Assembly (NCBI GenBank): GCA_964507055.1
Contig: CAZDOJ010000001.1
Span: 657,313-721,312, forward strand
Length of the DNA: 64,000 bases
From: an uncultured Gammaproteobacteria bacterium
GTDB taxonomy: Bacteria > Patescibacteriota > Microgenomatia > Levybacterales > UBA12049
Direction of reading: 5' to 3'
The notes below the pieces were generated by a model. It worked only from the letters and a program-made list of their open reading frames with translations, was not told the DNA's origin and did no database searches. Positions 28,624 through 38,108 of this stretch are shown here, one piece after another. Made by a program: the position numbers and the translations under genes. Numbering within the stretch: position 1 is the stretch's first letter; each line of letters starts with the position of its first letter.

Positions 28624-30035
28624 AAAAAAGCCAGTTTGGTGTGGATCGTGTAGATATCACCTGCTCCCATGGAGACAAGTATTGTATCTGACCTAAACCT
28701 GTTTTCGTTGATATATTTTACCACATCATCCAAAGTCTCAAGGTAAATTACCTCTTTGTGATGATTACTTATGCCTACCGCAAGTTGCTTTGCCGAAACG
28801 CTTGGGTCAGCTTTTTCACGCAATGAGGCATAGATATCTGTTACGACAATGGTGTCGACATCTTCAAAAACTCTCAGAAAATCATTAAAGAGTTGTTTGG
28901 TTCGTGAATAGGTATGCGGTTGAAAAAGACAGACAATTTTTTTCTTTGGATATTGTTTGCGTAATGCTCCAAGAGTTTTTCTAATCTCGGTTGGATGATG
29001 TGCGTAATCGTCATATACTTTCGCACCTGTCTGTAAATCTCCGATAAATTCTAATCTACGTTTTGAACCTTCAAAAGCAAGTAATCCCTTTCTCACTTTT
29101 TCGATTGATAAGCCAACTTCAAGAGCAATGATAATTGCTGCCAATGCATTCAAAGCATTATGTTCACCGGCAACCCGAATTGCGAATTCACCCAATGGCA
29201 CACCATGAGATTTTACCCAGAAGAATGTTTGATCACCTGAAATTGTCGCACGCTCAAGGACATAATCATTGCCAGCTCCAAATCCATATGTTACGGCTTT
29301 ACGCTCATATTCTTTGAGTAACTTCCGAACTTCTGGATCATCACCACATGCAATCAGTAATCCTTTTGGAGACAGGTTATTTGCAAACTCTAGAAATGTT
29401 GAGCGGACAGAATCAATCGTTGGGTAAATATCAGGATGATCATGTTCAATATTGGTAAATATTGCAAAAGTTGGATGCTGCCAAAGAAATCTCGCACGTC
29501 TATCGTGAACTGGTTCTGTTGCATATTCATCAGCTTCGGCAACAAAATAACGACCTTTCCCTAAATAACCTGGCACACCAAGTGATTTTACATCCCCCGT
29601 ACCAATAATATACGAAGGATCAAGCCCGTTTTCTTTTAGGATTGTGGCAATCATTGCTGTTGTTGTCGTTTTTCCATGCGTTCCTGCCACGGAAATACCA
29701 GTAAACTGTTCACCTAGGATTTCACCTTTCATAAAGGCTCCCGTTGCTTCACCGGCTGACATGACAGGAATCTTTTTTAGCTTTGCGGCATGGACTTCAA
29801 TATTGTCATATCCTCCATGTGCTCCCGTTGTAATGACGAAATCCGGTTGGCTGACATGTTCTGCAGCAAATCCCTTGAGCGGTGTAATCTTTGCTTTTTT
29901 CAGTGCTGCATCAGTAATAAATTCCTGATCGACATCTGAGCCGGTTACGTCATACCCAGCGGATTTTGCAATCAAAGCTAGCGGCATCATATTTGTGCCT
30001 TTAATTCCTACAAAATGTATCTGTTTTTTTTTCAT
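28620..30035 (-). CDS. murC: UDP-MurNAc--L-alanine ligase
   Basis: IHFVGIKG, VTGSD, AGTHGKTTTT, EADEY, DHPD, DDYAHHPTE, FQPHTYSRT, MGAGDI. Confidence 0.96.
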   Translation of the reverse strand: MKKKQIHFVGIKGTNMMPLALIAKSAGYDVTGSDVDQEFITDAALKKAKITPLKGFAAEHVSQPDFVITTGAHGGYDNIEVHAAKLKKIPVMSAGEATGAFMKGEILGEQFTGISVAGTHGKTTTTAMIATILKENGLDPSYIIGTGDVKSLGVPGYLGKGRYFVAEADEYATEPVHDRRARFLWQHPTFAIFTNIEHDHPDIYPTIDSVRSTFLEFANNLSPKGLLIACGDDPEVRKLLKEYERKAVTYGFGAGNDYVLERATISGDQTFFWVKSHGVPLGEFAIRVAGEHNALNALAAIIIALEVGLSIEKVRKGLLAFEGSKRRLEFIGDLQTGAKVYDDYAHHPTEIRKTLGALRKQYPKKKIVCLFQPHTYSRTKQLFNDFLRVFEDVDTIVVTDIYASLREKADPSVSAKQLAVGISNHHKEVIYLETLDDVVKYINENRFRSDTILVSMGAGDIYTIHTKLAFL

Positions 30036-30748
30036 ACTAGACTTATCACACTGATAAATAATGCATTTCTATCACCTCTACGGTAAGAGTAGAAACGATC
30101 ATCATGCAGGGTACATATCTCTGAAATCGAAATATTTTCCTTAAGTATACCTTCTCTCATAAATATTTGCATCGCAACACTTCGTAGATCTAGATAAAAT
30201 TTTCCTTGCTTTTCTTCCGATATATTCGTAAATGTGGAAAAAACATTCTTAAACTCCTTAATAATATCTTCACTGACTTCGTAACATGAAGCTTCAATCG
30301 AAGGACCGACACCCACGATAATATCTTTGGGATTTGACCCAAAATTTTCAATGAATACCTTTATTGTTTTTTGAAGAATTCCTGCAGCTAAGCCTCTTCT
30401 TCCAGCATGGACCGCACCAATGACATGCTTCTCTGGATCATAAAAAAAGACTGGCAAACAATCAGCAGTCTTTATGGCAAGCGGTAATTCCCTTTTATTT
30501 GTGACCATTCCATCGGTTTGCTCAAGGACGAGTTCCCGATCGTTTTCTACAATCGCAACATTTGTACCATGAACTTGTTTCATAGTAATCGGCATTTTAG
30601 GGAAGTTTTGAGCTTTAGCAAACTTAAGTACGTTGGCAAAATGAAGCTCTCCATTTTCTTTCTTCATCGAACCAAATGCTTTGGTGGAAATTGCGTGTGT
30701 TATTGCTGTGTAATCTGCAAAAATGTCCAATTTTACTACATCACTCAT
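30032..30748 (-). CDS. pgeF: Peptidoglycan editing factor PgeF (YfiH/YlmD family)
   Basis: QVHG, TADCLPV, HAGRRG, GPSI..CYEV, CT..FYSYRR. Confidence 0.92.
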   Translation of the reverse strand: MSDVVKLDIFADYTAITHAISTKAFGSMKKENGELHFANVLKFAKAQNFPKMPITMKQVHGTNVAIVENDRELVLEQTDGMVTNKRELPLAIKTADCLPVFFYDPEKHVIGAVHAGRRGLAAGILQKTIKVFIENFGSNPKDIIVGVGPSIEASCYEVSEDIIKEFKNVFSTFTNISEEKQGKFYLDLRSVAMQIFMREGILKENISISEICTLHDDRFYSYRRGDRNALFISVISLV

Positions 30749-31992
30749 AAAAGTTTTCTCTCTTGTAGTGCTTCTTTTGCTGTTGCATTTTCATCCCATG
30801 GTTCTTCGCCTTTACCATAATTAATAGATTTCTCATGTCCTTTACCTGTCATCATAACGACATCGCCTTTCCCCGCAATCTTGATTGCAAAATGAATTGC
30901 TTCTTTTCTATCAGGAATAACAAAAACATACTTCTGTCCGCTTTTCATCCCAGAGCCGGATGCAATCAATGTGTGATCATGAACAATTTCGAATCGCTTA
31001 TCAGTAATTCCTTTGAGAATCTCACTACTAATCTTATCAATAGGCTCATCTCGAGGATCTTCCGCTGTTACGATAATCACATCTGAATATCGTGAAGAGA
31101 TTTTCCCCATTTCCGGCCTTTTATATGTATCTCTTTTAGCTGCAGCTCCAAAGACATGAATCAAGCGATTATTTGCAAGCTTCTTAATTTCCGGTAGTAT
31201 TTCCGCAAACGAATTTGGAGTATGTGCAAAATCATTGATAACCATAAACTCCTTTTTATAAAGAATTTCTTGACGGCCAGTTGGAGCTTTGAATGTAGCT
31301 ATACCTTTACGAATTGACACTTCAGGAATATGTAATTGCTGGAGTGCCGTAATTGCAGCCAGACAATTATATTTATTAAATTGCCCAATCAACTTCGTTG
31401 TGAATTGGAACGTATGTGGATTTACGTCTGAATCCTTTTTCATACCATATGTCACAATCTCTTCTTTTCCTTTTAGTTCCTTTTTTCTGATCTGCCAATA
31501 TGAATGATCATCTTTATTCACAACTGCGACCTTTGCTCGACGGAGAAGTTTGGATTTAACATGTACATAATTCTCGTAGGTTTTATGATAATCCAAGTGT
31601 TCACGTGTAACATTAGTAACGACGCCAACATCAAAATGTACACCAGAAACTCGATGCTGATCAAGTGCGTGTGACGTAACTTCCAAAACCACATATTGCA
31701 CACCTGCACTCTTTGCTTTTCGCAGATACGATTGGAGTGCAAATCGACCAGGGGTTGTTACATGAAATCCGATATCACTTGCATCACCATTAATAATTGC
31801 ACCATTTGAAGAAATTAAAGCAGCCTTATATCCGGCTGCAATTAAACAGTGGTAGATGAGGCTAGAAGTCGTTGTTTTACCATCCGTGCCGGTCACACCA
31901 ACAATGGTTAACCCTCGAGCGGGAAATCTATACGCAACATTTGCGATAATTGCTTGACCTAAATGATAGACGTTTTTTGCTTTTTGCCACAT
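30745..31992 (-). CDS. murE: Mur ligase, MurE-type
   Basis: GVTGTDGKTTT, HVTTP, LEVTSHAL, EHLDYH, DFAHTP, AEDPRDE, GKGHE. Confidence 0.92.
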   Translation of the reverse strand: MWQKAKNVYHLGQAIIANVAYRFPARGLTIVGVTGTDGKTTTSSLIYHCLIAAGYKAALISSNGAIINGDASDIGFHVTTPGRFALQSYLRKAKSAGVQYVVLEVTSHALDQHRVSGVHFDVGVVTNVTREHLDYHKTYENYVHVKSKLLRRAKVAVVNKDDHSYWQIRKKELKGKEEIVTYGMKKDSDVNPHTFQFTTKLIGQFNKYNCLAAITALQQLHIPEVSIRKGIATFKAPTGRQEILYKKEFMVINDFAHTPNSFAEILPEIKKLANNRLIHVFGAAAKRDTYKRPEMGKISSRYSDVIIVTAEDPRDEPIDKISSEILKGITDKRFEIVHDHTLIASGSGMKSGQKYVFVIPDRKEAIHFAIKIAGKGDVVMMTGKGHEKSINYGKGEEPWDENATAKEALQERKLL

Positions 31993-31994
31993 AG

Positions 31995-32573
31995 TTATTT
32001 TAAATAATGCCTGAGTAGCTCAAGAATTTTATCATAATATATGTAATAAATATAACCATTGATAATAAGAAGCACAGGAAAAAGAATAAACTTTTCAAAA
32101 AACTTTCCAGTTGTAACACGAAATGCTCGGATAGGAGGAAATCCAAAACTCCACGGCAAGGGCAAAAGCCATGGAACTCCTTCTTTGGTAAATGTATCCA
32201 TCACTAAATGGGAAACAAAACCAATCATAAAAGCCCACCACACTACTTCTAAATTGATATCCGGGATACTGGGTTGAAGAAATTTGAGGAAGAGATTAAA
32301 AAGCGTTCCAAAGACAATAACACCAATGATTGAGTGAGAAAGAAATCTATGACCACCAAGTAATTTCCCAAAGAATCGTCCAAAGACATTCATAATGGGA
32401 AGATTACGCCAAAAAGGTGCTGTTGACTGATCAATATCAGGAGCAATCCCGCCAACCATATTTGCGGCCAATGCTACAATGGCTGTTCCCATAGTGACCT
32501 CAGGCAAAGGGTGTGTAACGACAACAACAGAAAGTGCTGTAAATGCAGCCAAATCATGTGTTCTTCCTGTCAT
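31995..32573 (-). CDS. Membrane metal-dependent hydrolase (YdjM/DUF457-like)
   Basis: GRTH, APDID, GHRFLSHS, SHLVMDTFT..GVP. Confidence 0.85.
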   Translation of the reverse strand: MTGRTHDLAAFTALSVVVVTHPLPEVTMGTAIVALAANMVGGIAPDIDQSTAPFWRNLPIMNVFGRFFGKLLGGHRFLSHSIIGVIVFGTLFNLFLKFLQPSIPDINLEVVWWAFMIGFVSHLVMDTFTKEGVPWLLPLPWSFGFPPIRAFRVTTGKFFEKFILFPVLLIINGYIYYIYYDKILELLRHYLK

Positions 32574-32664
32574 AATACTCAGTATAGCAAATTTTGCTGA
32601 GCTATCCTATTTTGGATTGAGCTTGTTTCAACAATCTAAATATGAGATGCTAAACCAAATTCAT

Positions 32665-33003
32665 ATGAAGATTGTAAATAAAACAAACCAAATTACATTG
32701 GCCGAGAACATAATACAGGCAACATCACTGCGAGATCAAACATTGGGTTTACTGGCTCATAAAACTCCAGTGGCAATGCTTCTAAAAAGTAGATTTGGTA
32801 TCCATACATTGTTTATGAAGTATCCGATCGATGTCCTAATTCTTGACAAGCATAACCAGGTAGCAACTATGAAAGAATATATGCAACCAAATACCTTCTT
32901 TATTTGGAATCCTTTGTATAGCACTATTATTGAACTACCGGTGGGAACGATATCCATGACAAAAACAGTACTGAAGGATAAGATTCTATTTATACAATTG
33001 TAA
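32665..33003 (+). CDS. DUF192 family protein
   Basis: GLL, IHTLFMKYPIDVLILD, IELPVG; start set at ATG 32665. Confidence 0.82.
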   Translation: MKIVNKTNQITLAENIIQATSLRDQTLGLLAHKTPVAMLLKSRFGIHTLFMKYPIDVLILDKHNQVATMKEYMQPNTFFIWNPLYSTIIELPVGTISMTKTVLKDKILFIQL

Positions 33004-33047
33004 GACAGACTATAGTAAACAAAACAAAATCTGATATAATCACACTA

Positions 33048-33377
33048 ATGAAACCACAAATTACATATGACGATTTCGTAAAACTAGATATCCGAGTTGG
33101 TACAGTAATTAACTGCGAAGAAAAACAAGGTTCAGATAAGCTCCTCCGTTTAACTGTAGACTTCGGCGAGCATGGAACTCGAAATATTCTTTCAGGAATC
33201 AAGCAATGGTATAAACCCGCTGATTTAAAGGATAAGCAATTTGTATTCGTTTTTAATCTCGCACCACGAAAAATGATGGGAGAAGAGTCTCAAGGAATGA
33301 TCCTTGCGGCTGAGGGTAAAAAACCACAACCACTTAAACCTAAAGCGAAGGTGCCAGCAGGCTCACCAATTCTTTAA
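33048..33377 (+). CDS. Stand-alone tRNA-binding OB-fold (MetG C-domain/CsaA/Trbp111-like)
   Basis: ITYDDFVKLDIRVG, DKLLRL, NLAPRKMMGEESQGMIL. Confidence 0.9.
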   Translation: MKPQITYDDFVKLDIRVGTVINCEEKQGSDKLLRLTVDFGEHGTRNILSGIKQWYKPADLKDKQFVFVFNLAPRKMMGEESQGMILAAEGKKPQPLKPKAKVPAGSPIL

Positions 33378-33381
33378 TACA

Positions 33382-33945
33382 ATGAACTACTTAGAGTTTG
33401 CCCTTACTATTGGGAAACTAAAATCGTTAAAACGTACCGGATGGGTTCGAAGAAACGTCCCTGATCCTGAAAATGTTGCAGCACATTCTTTCCGAACGGC
33501 CGTCCTCGCTATGACATTAGCACCCCAAGTTGGAGCTGACATTAACAAAACAATGAAAATGGCTTTGATTCATGATATCGGTGAAGCAAAAATTGGAGAT
33601 GTTGTAGTTGCTTCGTGGGATGGAAAACGATTAGACATGCCCAAACTTGTACAAAAAAATGTTGAAGAAACTGCAGCTATTCATGAGATATTTGCTCTTA
33701 TCGATGATACAGATTCTCCAGCACTTTTCGAGGAATTTCAAAAGAAAAAGACACTCGAAGCAAAACTTGTGACAGAAGTAGATAAGCTCGATATGGCAAT
33801 CCAAGCGTATGAATATGAGAAAGCTTATGGAATTGATTTACAAGCATTTTTTAACAATGTCACTTCTATATTAAGGATAAAAGAGGTAAAGAAAATTTTT
33901 AATGAAGTCGAAGCAAAGCGAAAACATCTCACAATTCAACGATAA
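33382..33945 (+). CDS. HD-domain phosphohydrolase (YfbR/HDDC2-like 5'-nucleotidase)
   Basis: LKSLKRTGW, ENVAAHSF, ALIHDIGEA, DKLDM; start set at ATG 33382. Confidence 0.9.
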   Translation: MNYLEFALTIGKLKSLKRTGWVRRNVPDPENVAAHSFRTAVLAMTLAPQVGADINKTMKMALIHDIGEAKIGDVVVASWDGKRLDMPKLVQKNVEETAAIHEIFALIDDTDSPALFEEFQKKKTLEAKLVTEVDKLDMAIQAYEYEKAYGIDLQAFFNNVTSILRIKEVKKIFNEVEAKRKHLTIQR

Positions 33946-33947
33946 TA

Positions 33948-35645
33948 CTACTTATCTTCGGTAATAGGCTCTGTTGGGGGAATTCCATAATACGTCAAGA
34001 TGTTTTTTGCGACATTGAAAAAGATTGGAGCAGCAGTTTCTGAACCATAGATTGAAGTTGATGGTCGATCGACAACCACAAGCATTAAGAATTTAGGATC
34101 ATCCGCAGGTGCAAACCCTACAAATGACGCAATTGTTTTATTTGGATCATAATGCCCCTCTACTGGAATTTGAGCTGTACCGGTTTTTCCAGCTATTCGG
34201 TAGCCTTTGGGTGCAGCCCATTTTGACTCCCCATCTTCAACAGCTTTTACCATCATCTCAGTCATAACTCTCGCACTCTTGGGAGAAATAGGCTGACTCA
34301 ATTGCTTTGGAGGGATTGGGATAACATTTCCATCAGCTGTCTGTACACTTGCAACGACATGAGGCTCCATCCGCTTCCCGTCATTTGCTATTGCAGAGAA
34401 TGCGGTAAGTAAATTAATCGGAGTTAATGTTAAACCCTGTCCAAAAGTTGCAGTTGCTTGATCAATTTCGTACCAACTATCACGCTCTCGTAAACTTGGA
34501 TATACTTCACCTTGTAAATCAATTCCCGTTGCCTGACCTACACCGAACTTTTCCATATACGCAAGCATCCTATCCAGTCCTAATAATCTTCCAGTGTAAA
34601 CCATTCCCGTATTATCTGAATGGACAATAACATCGGTCATAGTACTATTCTCTGTATATTCATCATTCCACGTTTTAATTTTGTAACCACTTATCTCTAC
34701 TGGCCCTGCACAAATCGGACATTTCGTATCAGGTTGCAATAACCCAGCGTCTAATGCTGAGGCCATAATGAGTGGCTTAAAAGTCGATCCAGGCTCATAG
34801 GCAAAAGATATAAAGGGATTTGAATAAAGCTTATCTGAGAAATCTTGATATGAACGAGGATCGTACGTGGGATATGATGACATGGCAAGGATACCTCCGG
34901 TCTTTGGATCCATTACAGCGGCCATACCACCTTGTGCACCATATGCCTGAATTCCCTTCTTTAATTCTTGGTCGAGCATGAATTGAATACGACGATCAAC
35001 ATGCAGTATCAAATCACGTCCATCAACCTTTTCTGTATTATCATTCATGTTTGCAAGGATAGGTTGACCACGAGCATCCTTCACGACAATTGCCATGCCA
35101 TCTTTTCCACGCAATTGTCTATCATAATATCCCTCTAGACCAAAATATCCTTTATCCTTTCCTACATCATCTTTACCCACGAAACCCAACAAATTCGCTG
35201 CAGTTGATGCTTCTGGGTAAAAACGAATTGTCTGTTCTTGGAAGCCCACACCTGGTAATTCTTTCGCCTCAATTTTCTCTTTCAATACATGCTCAATTGG
35301 AGACTTCAACGGAACCCAAAACCTATTCATGGAAAGCTGAGCACTTATGGTAGCTTTATCGATATCAAGAAACTTTCCGAGCATTTCGGATTCTTTTTCT
35401 TTATCCTTTACTTCCTTTGGATTGGCAAAAACGAGGTAGGAAAGCTTATTTGCAGCAATTGCATAGTTATCGGAGGTTTTTATTTCTCCTCTTGTGGCAG
35501 TAAGAGTCACTTGGGCATCATATTGTTCCTGACCAAGTGCAGCTAACTCCTGAGCACGAACAACCTGCCAATAGAATAACCGTGAGATAATCAGCGAAAA
35601 CAAGAAAAGAAAGAATAGTAATGTAAATCTATATCGCCATGTCAT
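33948..35645 (-). CDS. ftsI: Class B penicillin-binding protein (FtsI)
   Basis: EPGSTFK (SxxK), SDN (SxN), KTGT; N-terminal TM; dcw position. Confidence 0.93.
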   Translation of the reverse strand: MTWRYRFTLLFFLFLFSLIISRLFYWQVVRAQELAALGQEQYDAQVTLTATRGEIKTSDNYAIAANKLSYLVFANPKEVKDKEKESEMLGKFLDIDKATISAQLSMNRFWVPLKSPIEHVLKEKIEAKELPGVGFQEQTIRFYPEASTAANLLGFVGKDDVGKDKGYFGLEGYYDRQLRGKDGMAIVVKDARGQPILANMNDNTEKVDGRDLILHVDRRIQFMLDQELKKGIQAYGAQGGMAAVMDPKTGGILAMSSYPTYDPRSYQDFSDKLYSNPFISFAYEPGSTFKPLIMASALDAGLLQPDTKCPICAGPVEISGYKIKTWNDEYTENSTMTDVIVHSDNTGMVYTGRLLGLDRMLAYMEKFGVGQATGIDLQGEVYPSLRERDSWYEIDQATATFGQGLTLTPINLLTAFSAIANDGKRMEPHVVASVQTADGNVIPIPPKQLSQPISPKSARVMTEMMVKAVEDGESKWAAPKGYRIAGKTGTAQIPVEGHYDPNKTIASFVGFAPADDPKFLMLVVVDRPSTSIYGSETAAPIFFNVAKNILTYYGIPPTEPITEDK

Positions 35646-35720
35646 AGTGCAGTAGTAATAAGTGTATCAAAGCATAGACATAACAGAAAGGCCTGATACA
35701 GCTTCTGTAAATGTAAATGA

Positions 35721-36002
35721 TTATCGCTTAGCCAATGGTAACGGAGCGGCCATGTTGAGATGTGATTTGGCTGGAGCAAATCCCATGGATTTTGCCTTAG
35801 CATTAATTGTTGTAAAGGAAGCTGCCTGAAGATATTGCTCTTTCAATAATTCGTTTTCTTTTTTCACTTCTTCAGCCTGATTTTGCAGATCAACAAGAGC
35901 AACTCCAGTTGTAGAGATATTGTTCACAAGATAAATGCGGACAATAGAAAGGACTACGACTATAAATCCTAGACCTCCTAATAATAATATTGGTTTTTTC
36001 AT
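35721..36002 (-). CDS. FtsL-like protein
   Basis: TM + coiled coil + AKSMGF, between rsmH and ftsI. Confidence 0.7.
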   Translation of the reverse strand: MKKPILLLGGLGFIVVVLSIVRIYLVNNISTTGVALVDLQNQAEEVKKENELLKEQYLQAASFTTINAKAKSMGFAPAKSHLNMAAPLPLAKR

Positions 36003-36886
36003 ATTTTTTCAAAAACCCGCAATTTTGAACTTCTCGATCTACTATTTTCGGCAATCTCTTCTTGCGTCGGTATCACAGGCTTTTTCGTAATAATCTTCCC
36101 GAATCCTTTCTCTTCAAAGTCCAAAAATGCACGTTTTACAATCCTATCTTCCAGTGAATGAAAAGATATCACAGCAAGTCTTCCTCCCGTTGCCAGTAAT
36201 GGAATGGCTTTGGGCAAAACTTCCCGTACACTATTCAGCTCATCATTGACTGCAATTCTTAACGCCTGAAAAACCTTTGTCGCAGGATGTATTCCTTTAG
36301 GCGACGAAGGTACCGCTCTTCTGATAATCTCAGCAAGCTCAGTTGTTGTTTCAATCCGTTTTATTTGACGGGTGCGAATAATACTCTCGACAATGGATCG
36401 AGAAAATCTTTCTTCACCCAATTTAGTAAATAATTCAAATAATTCATTCTTTGTTAATGCATTCACTAGATCACTTGCTCGAACCCCCAACTCCTGATCC
36501 ATTCGCATATCAAGAGGTGCTTCCTTCATAAAGCTAAAACCTCTTTCAGCTGCATCAACATGATGGCTCGAGATTCCAAGATCTAAAAGAATCCCTGCCA
36601 CATTTTCAAAGCCATGCTCTTTTGCAAGAACATCAATATCTTTAAAATTACCTTTTGCTAAGATTAATTCTTTACCAATCGTATGTTTTCCGGCTTTAAA
36701 TTTTTTGGCAACATAGTTCAAAGCATCCTGGTCTTGATCAATTCCCAAAACTTTCCCCCCGTGTTCCAGGATGAGTGCAGTATGTCCCGCTCCTCCTAAT
36801 GTTCCGTCTATATATTTTTTCTCAGGCTGTACATTCAGTAATTCAATTGTTTGTCGTAAGAGTACACTTACGTGATAATTATTCAT
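35999..36886 (-). CDS. rsmH: 16S rRNA m4C1402 methyltransferase
   Basis: HVSVLL, DGTLGGAGH, DLGISS, LDMRMD, FQALRIAVNDEL, SFHSLEDRIVK. Confidence 0.98.
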   Translation of the reverse strand: MNNYHVSVLLRQTIELLNVQPEKKYIDGTLGGAGHTALILEHGGKVLGIDQDQDALNYVAKKFKAGKHTIGKELILAKGNFKDIDVLAKEHGFENVAGILLDLGISSHHVDAAERGFSFMKEAPLDMRMDQELGVRASDLVNALTKNELFELFTKLGEERFSRSIVESIIRTRQIKRIETTTELAEIIRRAVPSSPKGIHPATKVFQALRIAVNDELNSVREVLPKAIPLLATGGRLAVISFHSLEDRIVKRAFLDFEEKGFGKIITKKPVIPTQEEIAENSRSRSSKLRVFEKI

Positions 36887-36898
36887 CCTGCCATAACT

Positions 36899-37327
36899 CT
36901 ATTCTGACTCAGATAGCCTTTCCGCTATTGAATCAATATTCTTTGCTAGTTCTTTTTGATGTTCATCCCAATGTTTCTTATCCCACACTTCAACAAATCT
37001 CTGGATCCCTACAAATACTATTTCATCTTTAATATTTGCAAAATTTCGTAGATACTCCGGAAGCACACATCTTCCCTTACTGTCTAGCTCGATATCTGAC
37101 GCACTTCCCAATAAAAACCGTTGCATCTCACGTGTCGATTTATTTGTAAATGGTTTACCCTCTGTCCCTTCGAGCAAAGTTTTCCAGTTTTCTTCCGATA
37201 CGATGATCAAACAATTTTCAAAACCTTTCGTAACAATTAACTTCTCGCCCAGCTCGTCTCGGAATTTTTTTGGTAGTCCTACTTGATATTTTTCACTAAT
37301 TCGACTTTCGTATTGACCCAACAGCAT
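36899..37327 (-). CDS. mraZ: Transcriptional regulator MraZ
   Basis: KGFENCL, LDSKGRCVLP, VEVWD; first gene of dcw cluster. Confidence 0.95.
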   Translation of the reverse strand: MLLGQYESRISEKYQVGLPKKFRDELGEKLIVTKGFENCLIIVSEENWKTLLEGTEGKPFTNKSTREMQRFLLGSASDIELDSKGRCVLPEYLRNFANIKDEIVFVGIQRFVEVWDKKHWDEHQKELAKNIDSIAERLSESE

Positions 37328-37339
37328 ATGTATTATTAT

Positions 37340-37374
37340 CCTACTTTTTCCTACTTTTGACTACCTTTCACTAT
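37340..37374 (-). promoter_or_regulatory. Probable MraZ operator: 10-bp-phased boxes
   Basis: Plus strand CTAC at 37341, 37351, 37361 and CTAT at 37371 (GTAG/ATAG-N6 on the coding strand), between a TTGACA (37401-37396) and the mraZ start. Confidence 0.7.
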
Positions 37375-37409
37375 TTTCCTCTTTCCGTGAAAAGTTGTCA
37401 ACATATAAG

Positions 37410-37457
37410 ATGTGATTTGTAGTGGCTTGAGGGAATTGAAAGCACAAAATGTAGTGT
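37410..37457. promoter_or_regulatory. NrdR-box-like site plus weaker second site 32 bp away
   Basis: GCACAAAATGTAGTGT (37442-37457) matches acaCwAtATaTwGtgt at 13/16; the TGTAGTG half-site recurs at 37418. Confidence 0.35.
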
Positions 37458-37500
37458 TTTGGAATGTAAGAAAAACTTATTATAGGAGATGTGAAAAGTA

Positions 37501-38001
37501 TTACTCTTCTACTTGGAGGGTGTCTTCAACATTGTAGATATTACCGTCATCTTTTGTAAGCTTAAGTGTGATGTCAACACTACTAACTCCTGAGTCATAT
37601 CGGCAAACATTTCGAGAACAACTACCGAGATCTAGCTCTTCTGATTCATAACTTGATGCACCGGATTCGACATCAGCTTCACCAGTAATCCCTCGCTGTA
37701 CTCTATCTTCGCCGCCTTCACTCTTTTCCTGTGCTGTTGAATCGGCTTCATAAACGAGTTCATATTCAATTGATTCTATACCTTGAGCTTTTGCAATTTT
37801 AAACATCACTTTTTTCTTATCCGGAGTAATTTCCATTGTAAGACCAATTTCTTCTGGGGTAATTGTCTTCACCATAGTTTCTGAAGCTTGCTCTTCAGGT
37901 TCAGCGGTGTTTTGATTGGCGACAAAGTAAAAGGCTCCAAGAGCAAGGAGGACGACAACTACTACGCCTACAGCAATGAGCACACTTTTATTCTTCAACA
38001 T
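37501..38001 (-). CDS. Hypothetical membrane-anchored extracytoplasmic protein
   Basis: N-terminal TM; acidic beta-rich domain with LGSCSRNVCRYD; TTGACA-18-TATTCT upstream. Confidence 0.75.
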   Translation of the reverse strand: MLKNKSVLIAVGVVVVVLLALGAFYFVANQNTAEPEEQASETMVKTITPEEIGLTMEITPDKKKVMFKIAKAQGIESIEYELVYEADSTAQEKSEGGEDRVQRGITGEADVESGASSYESEELDLGSCSRNVCRYDSGVSSVDITLKLTKDDGNIYNVEDTLQVEE

Positions 38002-38051
38002 CTCCTACAGAATAACGGAAAGAATGCTCTGCTGTCAAGTGGAGTACTACT

Positions 38052-38081
38052 CTGACCTACTTCTGACATATTGCTGACCTA
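38052..38081 (+). promoter_or_regulatory. Three phased direct repeats CTGACMTA over the -35 of the purF-like gene
   Basis: CTGACCTA 38052, CTGACATA 38063, CTGACCTA 38074 (11-bp period); TTGCTG-17-TAGAGT promoter candidate. Confidence 0.55.
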
Positions 38082-38108
38082 AAGAATAAATGGTAGAGTT
38101 AAATTACA

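Noticed and set aside
31597-31612. parS-like sequence TGTTACACGTGAACAC
   Set aside because: Only 13/16 to consensus and explained by the conserved MurE peptide NVTREH
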